From positions 1-56,277 of the IMG/VR virus record IMGVR_UViG_3300034683_000619: a DNA stretch of 56,277 nucleotides; one strand, given 5' to 3'. Position 1 is the first letter of the stretch. Every line of letters begins with the position of its first letter. The stretch is from a virus. Its lineage: Duplodnaviria > Caudoviricetes. The notes below the pieces were generated by a model, which worked only from the letters and a program-made list of their open reading frames with translations, had not been told where the DNA came from and searched no databases. Below are positions 33,881 to 43,014 of the stretch, in pieces. The position numbers were made by a program, and so were the translations under genes.

Positions 33881-34966
33881 TCACAACTCGTCGCCCCGGG
33901 CCTTCTTCTTCTCGGCTTCGGAAAGGGCTGCGAATTCAGCCTCGCTCATTTTGGCAATATCCTTGGGTGGCGCTGCCCCGGCGGGTGTCGCGCCTAACCC
34001 CATGGGCGGAGGTTGCTGGATCGATGCCGCGGCCCCTTTTTTCATCGAGGCCTCCTTGCGCAATCGTATTGTTCGCTGTTGAGCTGTTTCACCTTCTGCC
34101 GCTGCCGCACCTGCAGGGGCCGCGAGCCCCACCTTGGCTACAGCCTCTTTCAGTGCGGCAATCCGGTCCATCCCCTTTGCCTTTTGAAAATGATCCGCCC
34201 ACACCATTACCGACTCGTGTTCCGGTGACTTTTCATTGGCTAGCACGGGGTAATCAGTAATGAGCTGCTCCACATAGGCCATGGTCGCGGCTTGGGTTGC
34301 GATAGCTGATTCCTGGTTGCGCTCACGCACCCGCTCTTCCTTGTTGATCTGGCGGAGCAAGGACGCGGCTTCCTTCGTTTCGCCAGCATCGACAAGCTCC
34401 TGGTACTCGATATATTTGGCATCCATGTCCCAGTTTGCCGGATTGGCGGGGTCGTCAGGCTGCAGGGCTGGTTGCTTTTTGGTGGCTGGCGCTTGCTGTC
34501 CAGGTTGGTGGCCAATCGGCTGCAGATCATCAATGGACAATTCCTTGTTGGCGACAGCTTTGACGACCGCATCGTATCCACCGAGTTCGTCTATCAGGTC
34601 GCGGTCGACACTCCCGTCAACCAGTCCCTTGCCGATGGCGACGGCGGCACTTTTGGCACGGGCCACTTCTCCGAGCCGGGAGTGGGGGATGTTACCCCCA
34701 GGGCTTTCAGGATCTCCCTGTTTGCCGTCTCCTTCATCGCCTTCGTCATCCTTTTTCCCACCGCTTTCAGTCTCTCCGGGTCCATCTTTACCGGCGGGGT
34801 TTTCATCGGCTGTATCGCCACCGTCATCATTCGCATCCGGGTCAATAAAATCGTCTCCACGGTCCTCTTTCTCGATGTCACCGGTTCCGCCGATTGTATC
34901 AGCGGTAGATCCATCGTCGTCGCCAATGTCCAATACTTCCAGGTCGTCTGTGTTCTCAGTTGACAT
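33881..34966 (-). CDS. Putative scaffolding protein
   Basis: Acidic disordered N-terminus; IP.SR..EV; C-terminal MSEAEFAALSE..KARGD; lies between portal and capsid. Confidence 0.75.
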   Translation of the reverse strand: MSTENTDDLEVLDIGDDDGSTADTIGGTGDIEKEDRGDDFIDPDANDDGGDTADENPAGKDGPGETESGGKKDDEGDEGDGKQGDPESPGGNIPHSRLGEVARAKSAAVAIGKGLVDGSVDRDLIDELGGYDAVVKAVANKELSIDDLQPIGHQPGQQAPATKKQPALQPDDPANPANWDMDAKYIEYQELVDAGETKEAASLLRQINKEERVRERNQESAIATQAATMAYVEQLITDYPVLANEKSPEHESVMVWADHFQKAKGMDRIAALKEAVAKVGLAAPAGAAAAEGETAQQRTIRLRKEASMKKGAAASIQQPPPMGLGATPAGAAPPKDIAKMSEAEFAALSEAEKKKARGDEL

Positions 34967-35291
34967 GCTGCATATCCTCCTTGGTAAAAACCTCTTCCTC
35001 TTTGCCGGTAATGTCGCGCACAAACTTCCGGCGCAAATCCTTGACCGTCTCCTGCGAGAGCCCTTGAATAACGTGGCGGGCTTCCTCTTTGGCGGCCATG
35101 CGCTTCAGGTGGTCAGGCTGTCCGTTGACAAGCGCCTCACCTTCACACAGGATGATCTCCGCCGTGACCATGAGGCCGTTTATTTCGGTGACGTACTGGA
35201 CGACTGGCCCCTCGCCCTCTTTGCCCTCGATAACCATAACCAACAATTGCTCGCCTCCGGGGAGGTCGTAAAGCGCCGCAAACTTACCCAT
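34956..35291 (-). CDS. Hypothetical protein (111 aa)
   Basis: Overlapping, co-oriented ORF. Confidence 0.65.
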   Translation of the reverse strand: MGKFAALYDLPGGEQLLVMVIEGKEGEGPVVQYVTEINGLMVTAEIILCEGEALVNGQPDHLKRMAAKEEARHVIQGLSQETVKDLRRKFVRDITGKEEEVFTKEDMQHVN

Positions 35292-35544
35292 GGTTCACCG
35301 CCACGGTGGCGTAGGCTGTTGCTGGAAATAAAAATCTCGACATAAAAAAATCGTTCCGTTCCTGTATTTTATCTTCGATTGGCCCACCATCCATGGCCCA
35401 CTTGGGAACCTGATTGGGAAACCTGCCATTTTCAAAATAAGGACAATGTGTCACTATCCTATTCGAGTTCCCGTCACCGATATACACCTCATCATCAGGT
35501 ATATCGCACAGTCTACCTTCCCAAAAAAAATCCTTATCAACCAT
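35284..35544 (-). CDS. Hypothetical protein (86 aa)
   Basis: GGGGAG RBS; AT-richer than its neighbours. Confidence 0.6.
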   Translation of the reverse strand: MVDKDFFWEGRLCDIPDDEVYIGDGNSNRIVTHCPYFENGRFPNQVPKWAMDGGPIEDKIQERNDFFMSRFLFPATAYATVAVNHG

Positions 35545-35558
35545 CGCTCCCCCTTCTG

Positions 35559-37736
35559 TTATTCAATGATCGAAGTCTCAATGCCAGCCTGCAGGCCATC
35601 CGGACCACTGGTGTCGGGAACGGTGCCCGCAAGTTGCGCGGCCGGATTTATCGGCATCGGTGCTGCCGGGGGCTGCACCTCATCGATCGGTAATCCACCA
35701 AGCCCCTGTTGTGCTGCAGGGTCGACCGGCACGCCTGGTGTGCTCGGGATGATCGGTGCCGCGTCTTGGTCTTCAAACCCCGAGGACCGCAACATCTGGT
35801 CCGCCAATGGCGCCAGCATCGGGTTTGTCGCCAGTGTCCCGGCCGCTTGCACGGCGCTGTATTGAGCATCGACTCCCACGTTGACCATCTCGTTTCGCAC
35901 CTTGCCCACGTTGGCCCGCTTCAACTCGGCCGCTGCCTTAAGATCTTCAGCTTTCGCCTCCATCAGTGGGTCAACCTGCGGCGCCTGTTCGGACATGGCT
36001 TTGGCAATCTGGTGCTTCTTGGTGAGGCTGGACATTTCAATGATGGCCGAATCCGGTATGGCCACGCCCTCCTTGCGCATCTCCATGGCTTGTTTGAACT
36101 GGTTGTCCATGAACGTCGCCGGGGTTGGCTGATCGGTGACCACCACGGTATACTCGCCGATGGTCAAGTCGTTGAGCACGTTGCCCGTCTCATCCACATC
36201 ATTCAGGACCAGGGGCTCACTTTTGATTTCTGCAATATCGCTGGTGTCGGTAATCATCAGCACACGGCGCGAAGTGTAGAAATCCTGCACCAGTTCTAGC
36301 AGTTTCTCGGCCGCCATGTGCCGTGTGCGCCCCAGGTTATCCAAGGGCCCGCCCATCTGTGTTTGTCCCATGTACTGCTTGGTGCTGAGAGCCACGCCAG
36401 ACACCTCTGGTCCATTCAACCCCTGCAGTGCATCGCTGATCCCGGAAATGCTTTTGATGGCCAGTTCGTTGCGCTCCAACAGCCGGTCGTGCCCCTCTGG
36501 CAACCTATTGGGCTGGATCTTCTGCGGTGGCGTCGAGCCTTTCTTGTATCCGACGACCACACCGGTCTGGCTGCCATAATCGGCAAGCTGCGCAACTGTC
36601 ATGTTGGTCAGGCTGCCATCTTCGACAATCCACCCGCTGTTGGCCGTGCCGTTGAGAATGTGGACCGTGGCAGAGTGCAGCTTGTTGATCGCGATCTGCG
36701 GAGAGATACAGTTATCGACCATGCCCCTCGAACGTCCCCGGCGGAAATAGGGGAAATAGGGAATGATCGTGTAGGTTCGGTACGGGCTCCAATCATCATG
36801 GAGAAGGACGTCGGCCGTCGAGACAGTCCACCGAATACGCGCAAGATACCTCTTGGCCTTGACTGCCCCGGCAACCTGAGCAGCCTGCTCCTGCTCCGGG
36901 GACATACCAATAGCGGTGATCACCTCACCTGACGGGTAGATATAGGCCTGCTGCATGACCAGGTGACGTGATTGTCGGTCGATGACCAGGACCCGCTTGA
37001 CATGCCGCTCATCCGTGCATTCGCCCATGGCGGTCGTCCCGCCTTCCTGGGCAAAGCCTTCCTTATCCTCCAATTCCGCATCAACATCGGATCGGATCGA
37101 CGATCCAACCGTCTCAAATACCCGGTCAGCCTTGTCTTTGCCGAACAGCTGTTCGATCTCATCAACAGTCAGCCACCGAAGCACGATCACGTCGCCCCAC
37201 TCCCTCGGGTCGTAGCTGGATGCGTCCGGATCCGGGATAACGTGCAACGGATTAAGGGCGGAACAGGTTATGTCCCCATGGATGTTGGTATTGAAGTCCA
37301 TTTTGAATTCAAGGAAGCCGCGGCGCTGAATCATGCCATCGTCGAACGCCTGCGTCTCGTGCCAGCGGAATTTGGTGTCATCGCAGATCTGCATGACAAC
37401 CTTGCCCATGATCTCCGCCGTCTCCTCGCTGGTGCCCTCTTTGGCCGGCCGGAACGCAATGTCAACCCGGCTCTGGAGTTGCAGACCCTTGGCCGTATTG
37501 ACTGCCGGGAAGATAAAATTCTGCTCCATCGCCGGGCGACCAATCAGGTTCAAATAGGCCTTGTCCTGCTCGTTCCACTGAAGCCCGGCCCCCAGGTACA
37601 TATCCTCGCACTCTCGGGCCGCCGTGATGTAATCGTAATGGCCTCGGTCCTTGCCGTACTGGAACCGTTGCCAGTTACGCTCTACGGTTGCAATCTCGGA
37701 TTCCCCGGACCGCTCTTTGTCAATATCAGTCGCCAT
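35559..37736 (-). CDS. Portal protein (P22/N4-like)
   Basis: Y.G.GLQW..GRP...N.I.P, DPDA..YD, PYFPYFRRG..GMV; follows terL. Confidence 0.9.
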   Translation of the reverse strand: MATDIDKERSGESEIATVERNWQRFQYGKDRGHYDYITAARECEDMYLGAGLQWNEQDKAYLNLIGRPAMEQNFIFPAVNTAKGLQLQSRVDIAFRPAKEGTSEETAEIMGKVVMQICDDTKFRWHETQAFDDGMIQRRGFLEFKMDFNTNIHGDITCSALNPLHVIPDPDASSYDPREWGDVIVLRWLTVDEIEQLFGKDKADRVFETVGSSIRSDVDAELEDKEGFAQEGGTTAMGECTDERHVKRVLVIDRQSRHLVMQQAYIYPSGEVITAIGMSPEQEQAAQVAGAVKAKRYLARIRWTVSTADVLLHDDWSPYRTYTIIPYFPYFRRGRSRGMVDNCISPQIAINKLHSATVHILNGTANSGWIVEDGSLTNMTVAQLADYGSQTGVVVGYKKGSTPPQKIQPNRLPEGHDRLLERNELAIKSISGISDALQGLNGPEVSGVALSTKQYMGQTQMGGPLDNLGRTRHMAAEKLLELVQDFYTSRRVLMITDTSDIAEIKSEPLVLNDVDETGNVLNDLTIGEYTVVVTDQPTPATFMDNQFKQAMEMRKEGVAIPDSAIIEMSSLTKKHQIAKAMSEQAPQVDPLMEAKAEDLKAAAELKRANVGKVRNEMVNVGVDAQYSAVQAAGTLATNPMLAPLADQMLRSSGFEDQDAAPIIPSTPGVPVDPAAQQGLGGLPIDEVQPPAAPMPINPAAQLAGTVPDTSGPDGLQAGIETSIIE

Positions 37737-37739
37737 ACC

Positions 37740-39290
37740 TTACGCCACCCCCACGCCTTGGGGACGCATCCCCCCATTCGGTCCAGAATACCGGGAGAGC
37801 CGGTCGCGCCAGGAAACTGCACGCTCAGGCTTTGGAATCAGGGCAGTCTCTCCCTTCAGGGCCACGGCACCGGTACGGAGAGCGTCCGCCCCATGGCTTG
37901 CCCAGTTGTGGAGAGGGGACCGGCGGAACGCGCCTAGCCTCTCGTCCCACTCGCGCCGGTAGTTGTCCAGGCAATCGACCAGCTTGGCGCACCTGGTTTC
38001 ATCGATCACGCAAGTGGAAAGGAACGATCGGGCCGCCTCGATGCCAGCAAGTACCGCCTCGATGTCGCGCGGCCTGGTCACAACCTCGATCGGTTTGATG
38101 CCCAACTCCTCGGCCTTCTCCTGTCGCCGTATGCCGGTGCCCAGTTCCCGGACGTTGGCATCGTGCGGCATGTAGTGCTTGCCGTAGGTGTAACCCCGCT
38201 TGTCCAACTCTCGGGCGTAGAACGCCAGGCCCTCGCCGGACGCCTCCAGGTAATCGATCAGCCGGTTCTGTGCGCCAATCCGCTGGCGAAAAATAATGGT
38301 CATGGAATCATCCATTCCGAGATCCCAAAGGGTGTCCACCGGGTAGCCATCGTCGTAGGGCACGGCGGTGATCCGGCCCTCCTTGCGGATGCGCTGCATC
38401 GCCCGGGCGTAGTAGGCACCCTCGATCGCGGCCTCGAACGCCTCTTCTGGCGTCCCGGGAAACTCTCGCTTCATGTCGTCACCCTGCTGCCGGGACTTTT
38501 TCGCGTACCATGCGCGGGCGTCCGGGTCGATCGGCTCGCCGACCTTGGCCTCTATCCCGTCCAGGTAATCGTGAAGCTCGGCCGGCACAGCCACGGCATG
38601 GGCCGGCAGCCGGTTCTCGGTCCCCATCCACCAGCCGAAAAAATGAAACCTGAAATCCAGCATGGTCAGGGGCGTGCCGGCATCGCGCAGGGCCTGCGCC
38701 TCCTGACACATATCGTAGAACGCGCCTTCCCTGCCCTCGGCAGTGCTCTCGACGATGATGATGTTCCCGGCCCCGACCGTATTGAATGCGCCGGTCCGAA
38801 TCTCCCTGGCCACCTCCGGCTTGCGGGCTGATATTTTGCCGTACTCACTGACATGCAGGATCTGCAGGGTACCACCGCGGTGGCTGGTGCTGACGTCCAC
38901 ACGCGAGCCATTGGCCCACTCCAGGGTCTCTTTAGCGTCAGTGACCAGCGGGACGGCGTCTTTGATCTGGCCTGGCAGGCCGTCGTAGGCGAATCGAATC
39001 TTGTCGAGCTTCTTTTTTGCGTCGGGGAGGGTGATGTCAATGACGCCGGCCTGGGTGTGCGGTGTCCACAGGCAGCTGTCGAGGATGAACATCGCGATAA
39101 GAGTGCTGAACCCGCGTTGCCGGTCCTTGAGAATCACGTTCAGCCACCACATCTCCGACCAAAACCTGGCCTGGGATTCGTTCATCTGGAACGGCACGAC
39201 CTGGCCGGCCTTGTTGGTGATCCGGTACAAGTTGTTCATGCGCCAGTCACGATCGGAGAGCAGATGCTTCAGTTCGGCCGGAGTGGTCAT
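37740..39290 (-). CDS. terL: Terminase large subunit
   Basis: KDRQRGFST (Walker A), LHVSE (Walker B), ESTAEG, WDLG..D, PHDA, SHGADA. Confidence 0.95.
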   Translation of the reverse strand: MTTPAELKHLLSDRDWRMNNLYRITNKAGQVVPFQMNESQARFWSEMWWLNVILKDRQRGFSTLIAMFILDSCLWTPHTQAGVIDITLPDAKKKLDKIRFAYDGLPGQIKDAVPLVTDAKETLEWANGSRVDVSTSHRGGTLQILHVSEYGKISARKPEVAREIRTGAFNTVGAGNIIIVESTAEGREGAFYDMCQEAQALRDAGTPLTMLDFRFHFFGWWMGTENRLPAHAVAVPAELHDYLDGIEAKVGEPIDPDARAWYAKKSRQQGDDMKREFPGTPEEAFEAAIEGAYYARAMQRIRKEGRITAVPYDDGYPVDTLWDLGMDDSMTIIFRQRIGAQNRLIDYLEASGEGLAFYARELDKRGYTYGKHYMPHDANVRELGTGIRRQEKAEELGIKPIEVVTRPRDIEAVLAGIEAARSFLSTCVIDETRCAKLVDCLDNYRREWDERLGAFRRSPLHNWASHGADALRTGAVALKGETALIPKPERAVSWRDRLSRYSGPNGGMRPQGVGVA

Positions 39291-39817
39291 GCCGTTTCGC
39301 CCTCGTCGCCAGGCAACGTGCGCTTGGAGTTGGCCTGGATTTCCGCGATGACCGCGGCTACTGCGTCGGCCGGGTTGCTCTGCTTATTGTCGCGCTCGAA
39401 AATCCCGAGGTGCCGGCCGATGTCGACCAGGGCGGCCCGCTTGTCGGCCAACTTGAATCGGACCTTGTCACCGTCGATGGTGATCTCCTGGATGGCCGCG
39501 GCCTGGTCCCGGGTGAGTTTCTGGATGTCCTGCAGGCTGAACCCATCCTGGAGGTAGTCCTGCATATTCGCGAATCCGATCTTAGCCAGTTCGGCAACCA
39601 CAGCGTCGGCGGTGACCAGTGTCCGTTTCTCCCGATTCGCCATGGCCTTTTCTATCTCGGCGACAACGTGAGTTTTTACGAGCAGTTGCGGACCTATCCA
39701 GCTAGCGGTCTTTGCGCTGTACCCGGCACGGATTGCGGCCTGGGTAGCGTTGAGATCAACAAGATATTCCGAGACAAATATCCGTTGCTTTGGGGTTAGA
39801 GTTCCGCCTCTTGCCAT
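39287..39817 (-). CDS. terS: Terminase small subunit
   Basis: LTPKQRIFVSEYLVDLNATQAAIRAGYS (Terminase_2 signature); start at 39817. Confidence 0.95.
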   Translation of the reverse strand: MARGGTLTPKQRIFVSEYLVDLNATQAAIRAGYSAKTASWIGPQLLVKTHVVAEIEKAMANREKRTLVTADAVVAELAKIGFANMQDYLQDGFSLQDIQKLTRDQAAAIQEITIDGDKVRFKLADKRAALVDIGRHLGIFERDNKQSNPADAVAAVIAEIQANSKRTLPGDEGETA

Positions 39818-39829
39818 TTTCAAAATCCC

Positions 39830-39893
39830 AAAAAAAAACCCCGACCGAACGCAGTACCAGAAATGATCTGGTGTTATCGCGTTTGGTCGGGGT
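39830..39893 (-). terminator. Branched intrinsic terminator/attenuator in the terS leader
   Basis: ACCCCGACCAAACGC...GCGTTCGGTCGGGGT, inner hairpin ACCAGA/TCTGGT, followed by a U-tract. Confidence 0.8.
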
Positions 39894-39900
39894 GATTTCA

Positions 39901-39968
39901 TGTCCCCAATGTAGGGAGTGAATCCAGTGCCGATGGTTTAATTTATCTGCACATGTCTACTATGTAAA
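39901..39968 (-). promoter_or_regulatory. Late promoter 1 plus conserved leader box
   Basis: TTTACA(39968-39963)-N17-TAAATT(39945-39940); CTCCCT-N5-GGGGACA at 39918-39901. Confidence 0.65.
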
Positions 39969-39987
39969 GTTAAATGTAAAAAAAACC

Positions 39988-40182
39988 TTACAAACCACTA
40001 TCTCTTTTTTTAGATCGCACCTTCAGGACCCTGGTATCCTTGACTGTTGGTGTCCGCACACCTCCATCAAGAAAACCTATTTCGATAATGAGCATGCCTG
40101 TGTGTTTCTGGGTGATGCTTTCCTTTGCCAGCTCCCTGGCGGTTTCCAGGGCTTCGTTCACCGCCAGCATCTCGTCGATCAT
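39988..40182 (-). CDS. Small basic protein, YezD/DUF2292-like fold (candidate late regulator)
   Basis: Helix followed by TGMLIIEIGFLDGGVR; GAGGG RBS; last early gene before the late promoter. Confidence 0.6.
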   Translation of the reverse strand: MIDEMLAVNEALETARELAKESITQKHTGMLIIEIGFLDGGVRTPTVKDTRVLKVRSKKRDSGL

Positions 40183-40322
40183 CAGTTATCCCTCTCACGC
40201 CTTGTTCAGTTTTAAATCAAAAACTTCCTGTGTTCCGGTTACGCTTCCGGCGTCGTCGTTTCGGCCCGACCGTTCACCCGCCCGTCAGCGGCGTCTTTCC
40301 CGCGTGTCATTTTTGCAGCCCG

Positions 40323-40379
40323 GCTCAACACGCTTGCCGTGGTATCGCACCGATGCCCCCACTGCTTCGGGTGTTATAT
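40323..40379 (+). other. Degenerate attC-like site
   Basis: GCTCAAC...GCCGTGG...CCACTGC...GTTATAT imperfect palindrome. Confidence 0.4.
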
Positions 40380-40398
40380 GGATCGGGTTAATTGCTTG

Positions 40399-40611
40399 TT
40401 AGCCTTCCGTAATTGCAGCATCGAGCAACTTTAAAAATTCCTCGAAACCATACGCCGCCTTGTAGTTCTCGCCGTCCCTTGTGGTGATGTGCAACGTATG
40501 ATTTACCCCGCAAGACACAGCCACCGAAACGATATGATCCACCCTCATGCAAATTGAATGCGTTTCGGTGTAAATCATTACGAATCCATGCGGTATTTTC
40601 GGTTCACTCAT
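40399..40611 (-). CDS. Hypothetical protein (70 aa)
   Basis: GGGAGG RBS; start MSEPK. Confidence 0.65.
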   Translation of the reverse strand: MSEPKIPHGFVMIYTETHSICMRVDHIVSVAVSCGVNHTLHITTRDGENYKAAYGFEEFLKLLDAAITEG

Positions 40612-41017
40612 TCGGTTTTCCCTCCCACTTATTACCTGCCACCTTGCAATGGCCAACGATGTCATATATCGCGCCCTCGTCGCCGTCTTTCTCAGTGCCC
40701 CATCCGGCCATCCAGTCTATCCAGCGCACCAGGAAAACATTGCTCTCCATCGTGTCAAAAAGGAAATCGTTCTCGTAGATGCGCGTCCCGTACATGTCGA
40801 GTAACCCGGTCCACTGGTCAATCTCGCATGTCACATATTCGGATGGTCCGCCTTCGTCCTCGAAATCAACGAACAGATCGAGAGCGAGGTTACCAAAATT
40901 ATCGACATAGAAATTGGCAGCAGACGGCAGATTCTGCATGTCGAGCATTTTGCCGGTCGCAGTACAAAACGCCCTGAATTTTATAATTCGACCTTCTTCA
41001 TAATGTTTCGACTTCAT
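40604..41017 (-). CDS. YopX family protein
   Basis: IKFRA..M..QWTGLLD..G..IYEND..V.GN.WE signature. Confidence 0.9.
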   Translation of the reverse strand: MKSKHYEEGRIIKFRAFCTATGKMLDMQNLPSAANFYVDNFGNLALDLFVDFEDEGGPSEYVTCEIDQWTGLLDMYGTRIYENDFLFDTMESNVFLVRWIDWMAGWGTEKDGDEGAIYDIVGHCKVAGNKWEGKPNE

Positions 41018-41035
41018 TTTCCCTCCAATAAAATC

Positions 41036-41095
41036 GACTAACAAGCGGGTCAAGCGGACGGCAAACAGCGCCGCCGCTTACCATTGGCGTTAAAA
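41036..41095 (+). other. Integron attC-like recombination site
   Basis: GACTAAC..GT(C)AAGCGG(A)CGGC-loop-GCCGCCGCTTAC..GTTAAAA; two unpaired bases in canonical positions. Confidence 0.7.
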
Positions 41096-41497
41096 CGGCA
41101 CATCGTCGCCAATCGGCGGAGCGTCGCCAAAACCATCGCTGTATTGTGCTCCACCCTGCCGGTCACCTCCCGACTTTCCGGAGAGCATCTTCATCTCCCG
41201 GGCAATGATCTCCATGGTGTACCTGTCGGTGCCGTCCTTTGCCTGGTATTTCCTGGTTTGGATCCGCCCCTCAATGTAGACCTTGCTACCCTTCTGCAAA
41301 TACTCCCCGCAAATCTCTGCCAGGCGCTGCCAACAGATCACGCGATGCCACTCGGTGAACTCCTGCACCTGCCCGTCCTGGCCTTTTCTGCGCTCGGTGG
41401 TAGCGATAGAGAGCGTTGCCACTGGTGTACCGGATTGGGTGTACTTCAGTTCGGGATCAGATCCCAAGTTACCGATGAGAATGACAAGATTTTTCAA
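41090..41497 (-). CDS. ssb: Single-stranded DNA-binding protein
   Basis: N.VILIGNLG.DPE, TEWHRV, KGSKVYIEG, C-terminal DDVPF. Confidence 0.97.
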   Translation of the reverse strand: MKNLVILIGNLGSDPELKYTQSGTPVATLSIATTERRKGQDGQVQEFTEWHRVICWQRLAEICGEYLQKGSKVYIEGRIQTRKYQAKDGTDRYTMEIIAREMKMLSGKSGGDRQGGAQYSDGFGDAPPIGDDVPF

Positions 41498-41928
41498 TTT
41501 CCAAATTCCTTGATTATGGTTGCAGACTCAACCGCTTTAACGGCATCATCCATGGTGATTTTCCTTGAGAGCATGGCCGTTATGTGTGCGACCCGCTCTT
41601 TGTTTCTGGCGATTTCTTCCGGTGTCAAATCGTGCCTGCTGCTGGTGTCTGCGATCTGTAAGGAGTCAGTTGCCTGCAATGTTGGTGGGTTCGCTCGGTA
41701 TTTCGCAACCCCCTCAAGGATATCAGCCACTTTCGGAAAAAACCGGCACGTTTTCACGGAATGACGCACCCCTGCAGAAAATTGCCGTTGTGTGACCTCC
41801 TCTTCGCTCAACAGGTCGAACCAGTCAAAGGCCAGCCTTCCCAGCGTGTTCGAGTTGTGGCCCGACTCCGGGTAGTGGTTGAGCAATTTGGCCAATGCTT
41901 GTTGTACGTCCGTTATTTGCAGTTGCAT
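41494..41928 (-). CDS. Putative helicase loader/replication protein P-like
   Basis: W...L...F......FFPKVADI motif; GGAGG RBS; follows the initiator gene. Confidence 0.65.
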   Translation of the reverse strand: MQLQITDVQQALAKLLNHYPESGHNSNTLGRLAFDWFDLLSEEEVTQRQFSAGVRHSVKTCRFFPKVADILEGVAKYRANPPTLQATDSLQIADTSSRHDLTPEEIARNKERVAHITAMLSRKITMDDAVKAVESATIIKEFGN

Positions 41929-42790
41929 CCATTGCCTCCAGTAGGTTTCCCACGTCCTCCATGTACTTCTGGCGGGGGCTAAGTGTTTGCTTTCGATCGA
42001 AATTCTTGTTGTTTTTTGGCTTTCCCCGTGGAGCAGCAAACCCGTTCCGCAGCGCCTTGATGAACGCCAAATCCCACTCATGGGCGGTTCGCATTCGGTT
42101 TTGCGTGAGCCAGTAGGCGCGGAACTCTCGCAGCGCTGGTTCGAGTTCGTCCAGCGGCGGTGGTTTGAATCCTGCGGTTTCAGCGAGAGGGGGGAAAAAT
42201 TCCGACGGCTGCCAGTCCGGTGTCATCGAGTACGGTGGCGCTGTTTGGTCCGGAGTGCTTTGGTCGGCCTCGCGCGCGTGCGCGGAAGGTGGTGGTGTTG
42301 TATTTGGAGAAGGAGAAGGAGAAGGAGAAGGGGTTGAAGCGCCGTTGGAATCCGTTGAACGCTCGTTAAACGACCGTTGACGTTCCGTTGAAGCGCCGTT
42401 GGAATCCGTTGATTTAACACCTGTTTTCTCTGCCCTTTTTGCAGCTGACGCTTTCCCAGCCTTTGACGCCGCCTCGCTCCTGGCGTTGGCTCCAGCTGCC
42501 CATGGATTGTGTTCTTCCCAATCGTGCAGCTTGTATGATCCGCTTTCTCCATCGAGAAATCCAACTGCTGATAACTGCCCAACAAATGCACCTTCGTCAC
42601 CGGTCCACCCAGCGGCAATCTCTATAGACTCATCATCCATTCCAGAGAGGTCGCCTTCTGGTTTATACTGAGCCACCCAGCCCCACAATTTAACCAGGCA
42701 AAAGAATGAACGATCACCGCACCGGCGCATCAGCTTGATAGTCTTTGGGTTCGAAGTGAGCCCAATGGAAACCCTGAAGTCGGTATTCAA
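41825..42790 (-). CDS. Phage replication initiator with a DnaT-like C-terminal domain
   Basis: N-terminal LW.W..GDL..IE.AAGW..GFLD..LHDWEEHN; iterons; M.PDWQPS..EFRAYW..EW. Confidence 0.85.
   Translation of the reverse strand: MNTDFRVSIGLTSNPKTIKLMRRCGDRSFFCLVKLWGWVAQYKPEGDLSGMDDESIEIAAGWTGDEGAFVGQLSAVGFLDGESGSYKLHDWEEHNPWAAGANARSEAASKAGKASAAKRAEKTGVKSTDSNGASTERQRSFNERSTDSNGASTPSPSPSPSPNTTPPPSAHAREADQSTPDQTAPPYSMTPDWQPSEFFPPLAETAGFKPPPLDELEPALREFRAYWLTQNRMRTAHEWDLAFIKALRNGFAAPRGKPKNNKNFDRKQTLSPRQKYMEDVGNLLEAMDATANNGRTTSIGQIAQPLPGVGPQLEHAGKAGL
42306..42412. repeat. Iteron-like repeats (putative replication origin)
   Basis: GTTGAAGCGCCGTTGGAATCCGTTGA at 42333 and 42387, further CGTT(G/A)A units, and a (GGAGAA)4 tract. 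Confidence 0.8.
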
Positions 42791-43014
42791 AACAGCCTCC
42801 CCTGCTCCACCTTTTGAACTGACAAGGATTCCTTGACAGTTGGAAGCACACCATACTTCTTGCCGAGGTCACATGTTGCGCACTGAGGTGACCCTGCCTT
42901 ACACTGGCGCCGGCACCATTCCCTTGCTGCTTTATCGGAGATTGGGCCTGGGTTGAATGCTTTTGCGGTCTTTGGACACAGGTTCATTTTTTGCCTTCTG
43001 TTTGCCTTATTCAA
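42787..43014 (-). CDS. Small Cys-rich hypothetical protein
   Basis: C-x3-C-x6-C-x2-C; overlaps both neighbours. Confidence 0.6.
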   Translation of the reverse strand: MNKANRRQKMNLCPKTAKAFNPGPISDKAAREWCRRQCKAGSPQCATCDLGKKYGVLPTVKESLSVQKVEQGRLF

